The notes under the pieces are model-generated. The model ran no database searches. It saw only the letters and a list, made by a program, of their open reading frames with translations, and was not told the DNA's origin. Position numbers and translations under genes: made by a program. DNA of 63,779 nt, filler included, from Octopus bimaculoides (taxonomy: Eukaryota), in NCBI RefSeq assembly GCF_001194135.2. It is 5 parts of 5 records of this genome, joined end to end, with 100 filler letters (N's around TTAATTAATTAA, not from the genome) between each part and the next. Parts side by side here need not be neighbours in the genome. Positions count along the whole stretch, not along the records: positions 48,245 to 61,684 come from NC_069003.1; positions 61,785 to 63,779 come from NW_026406087.1; 3 more parts are not named here. One strand, 5' to 3'. This document shows, piece after piece, positions 61,251-63,779 of the stretch; the stretch's first letter is position 1; each line of letters begins with the position of its first letter.

Positions 61251-61650
61251 GAAAACTGAAAAATATTACGTATATATCTCACAACTCTCCATTTATTCTT
61301 CCATTTCCTACATTTGAAACAACTAAGCAAAGAAAACAAAAGGAACTCAGAAATGATTTCTAACTTGTGTTTACTGCTACAAAGAGTTCAACCACAAGCT
61401 GAAGAATTTTGAAAGCATGAAGTCTTAGAAAACCAAATAAGTTTGTATTGTCTGTCACGATTGTATGTCATTCACTAAGATAAACTGCTACATTATAAAG
61501 TATTTGCTATCGGGAATATACTAGAGACAAATGTAATAGTTCTAAATGTAACTATGACAATCAAATAAATATGTCTGCGTTATGTCTTTAATATACCTGA
61601 GAACCTACAGGTGGATATGAGTAATTTCTCAGGTGACATCACAAGAAGCA

Positions 61651-61684
<34 letters not shown>

Positions 61685-61784
61685 NNNNNNNNNNNNNNNN
61701 NNNNNNNNNNNNNNNNNNNNNNNNNNNNTTAATTAATTAANNNNNNNNNNNNNNNNNNNNNNNNNNNNNNNNNNNNNNNNNNNN

Positions 61785-62005
61785 ACGTCACTGGTGTCAA
61801 GCTGTATCGGCCTTTGCCTTTCCCTTGGATAACATCGATGGCGGGGCGAGAGGAGGATGATATAAATGGGCAACTGTTGGTTTCCATAAACAACCTTGCC
61901 CGGACTTGTGCCTCGAGGGGTAACTTTCTCTCTCTCTATATATAGGGTAATGGAAAAAGACCCTCTTTGGTCATGAATGACCATGAGTTTGCACCTAGAA
62001 AGAAA
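61785..62005 (+). mobile_element. SINE of the 1587 family, 3' half, with inverted terminal segment
   Basis: ACGTCACTGGTGTCAAGCTGTATCG...GACTTGTGCCTCGAGGGGTAACTTTCT; tail present as reverse complement at 61958-62003. Confidence 0.7.
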
Positions 62006-62063
62006 CAAACAGAGAAGCGAGACATGCAACATAAAGAACATTCCCTTCATCAGTCGTCCCTTG

Positions 62064-62104
<41 letters not shown>

Positions 62105-62780
62105 ACAAATAATATGTGAATATATGCATATATACGTACATGTATGTACATACCTACATCTACACGTGTATATAGATGCATATCTGGGTACAGGACGTTG
62201 CAAAACAACGTGGACAAAATGAAAAACAGAACATAAACAGAGTACAGTAAACACACAGGCCACACAAAGAACATTTCCTTCATCAGCCGCCACCATTCTA
62301 AAACTATATATATATATATATATNNNNNNNNNNNNNNNNNNNNNNNNNNNNNNNNNNNNNNNNNNNNNNNNNNNNNNNNNNNNNNNNNNNNNNNNNNNNN
62401 NNNNNNNNNNNNNNNNNNNNNNNNNNNNNNNNNNNNNNNNNNNNNNNNNNNNNNNNNNNNNNNNNNNNNNNNNNNNNNNNNNNNNNNNNNNNNNNNNNNN
62501 NNNNNNNNNNNNNNNNNNNNNNNNNNNNNNNNNNNNNNNNNNNNNNNNNNNNNNNNNNNNNNNNNNNNNNNNNNNNNNNNNNNNNNNNNNNNNNNNNNNN
62601 NNNNNNNNNNNNNNNNNNNNNNNNNNNNNNNNNNNNNNNNNNNNNNNNNNNNNNNNNNNNNNNNNNNNNNNNNNNNNNNNNNNNNNNNNNNNNNNNNNNN
62701 NNNNNNNNNNNNNNNNNNNNNNNNNNNNNNNNNNNNNNNNNNNNNNNNNNNNNNNNNNNNNNNNNNNNNNNNNNNNNNNN

Positions 62781-63002
62781 AGATGTAGGAGTTTTAAAAT
62801 CAAAGCTGGACCTCTTCCTATCGAGAGTCCCAGATGAACCTACCTCGCGGCAGGAGGTGCAAATGAGGGCTGCTAAATCAAACTCCATTCTTCACCAAGT
62901 GCCACATATTGTAAGAGGCTCCCTGTAATAACAGTGTAGCAACACGGTGGTGCATCAGCATGGCCGCAGCTCTAAGCTGAAACTTTAAAAAAAAAAAAAA
63001 AT
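62781..63002 (+). mobile_element. CR1-like LINE 3' end with poly(A)
   Basis: DVGVLKSKLDLFLSRVPDEP...RAAKSNSILHQ; tail GGTGCATCAGCATGGCCGCAG..CTGAAAC then A-run. Confidence 0.8.
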
Positions 63003-63229
63003 CTCATAATTGATTACATACTAAATTCTTTTCTGTATATCTTTTTTCTTTTACCTTTTCAGTCGTTAGGCAGCAGCCATAACGGAGGACCACCTTGAAG
63101 AGTCTTGAGAGACAAATCAATACCAGTAGTTATTATTTGTTTGTCAGGTATTTATTGTATCGGTCATTTTTACTGAATTGCTAGACTAAGGGGACAAAAA
63201 TAAATCAAAGCCGGCTGTCAAACAATGTG

Positions 63230-63362
63230 GGAGACAGATACAAAACCGATGGGCTTCTTTCCCTTTCCACCTACGAAATCCACACACAAGGCTTTGGTTG
63301 ATCCAGAGCCGTAGAAGTAGACTTGCCCAAAGTGCCATGCAATCTTACTGAACTCGAAACCT
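63230..63362 (-). mobile_element. SINE family 2 fragment
   Basis: GGGCTTCTTTCC.TTTCC.CCTAC.AAATCCAC.CACAAGGCTTTGGT...CTTGCCCAAAGTGCCA. Confidence 0.75.
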
Positions 63363-63779
63363 TTGACGAGTAAGAACAATGTTGTACTTTAGAGGCCAGA
63401 GTTGCTGTCACTTACTTTTGAGACAAAAATCATACTGTGCTTCCTTACGTTGTAAATTTAACAGAGCATTTATTATCAATTCCTAACAATTACTGCGGCA
63501 CAAGATAGGTTCATTTCTCATGTAATCTTTTCTCTAAAGGAAGTTCAACAAGAAAATAATCAGATTGATGCCTTTCTTCCACTTAGTTACTTATAAAACC
63601 TGCGGTGTAGCCATTTTGCTTAGGTTTTGCTGGATAGCTGCTTTTAATGTTTATTAAAATATTTACCTTACATCTTAAAGTATCATACGTTGCATTGTGC
63701 ACAGTTAATTATACATACATGTGTACATACTTATACATGTATTTCTGTTCCCCACTCTTTCTCTCTCTCTCTCTCTCTC

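Overview
AT-rich, gap-ridden eukaryotic scaffold dominated by microsatellites and transposon debris. The tRNA-derived SINE families, (TAA)n-associated LINEs and repeat density resemble an Octopus (cephalopod) genome; this is pattern recognition only, not a database match. Mobile elements recognised: two L1/Tx1-like LINEs (ORF1, and APE-RT ORF2), several R4/Dong-like RLE LINE remnants, RTE and CR1 remnants, a Gypsy integrase, a hAT (Buster/Charlie-type) transposase, a deleted Helitron, Helentron-type non-autonomous elements, mariner and piggyBac-like MITEs, a Penelope-like fragment and more than 25 SINE copies. Two things stand out. (1) A cryptic host gene missed by the ORF track as a unit: a 58-nt signal-peptide exon (40072-40129) splices in phase to a 321-nt phase 1-1 exon (43169-43489) encoding a divergent 4-Cys Ig-like domain. 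(2) Several hammerhead-ribozyme folds, including a two-copy ~265-bp dispersed repeat (7222-7490, 35122-35365) with an intact catalytic core (retrozyme-like), and a well-formed type I hammerhead at 38140-38237 on the minus strand. Also notable: a ~900-bp palindromic element with inward-facing telomere-like repeats, and a minisatellite built from a SINE 5' end. No rRNA, true tRNA or CRISPR array is supported. Coordinates of decayed repeats are approximate (about +/-20-50 nt).
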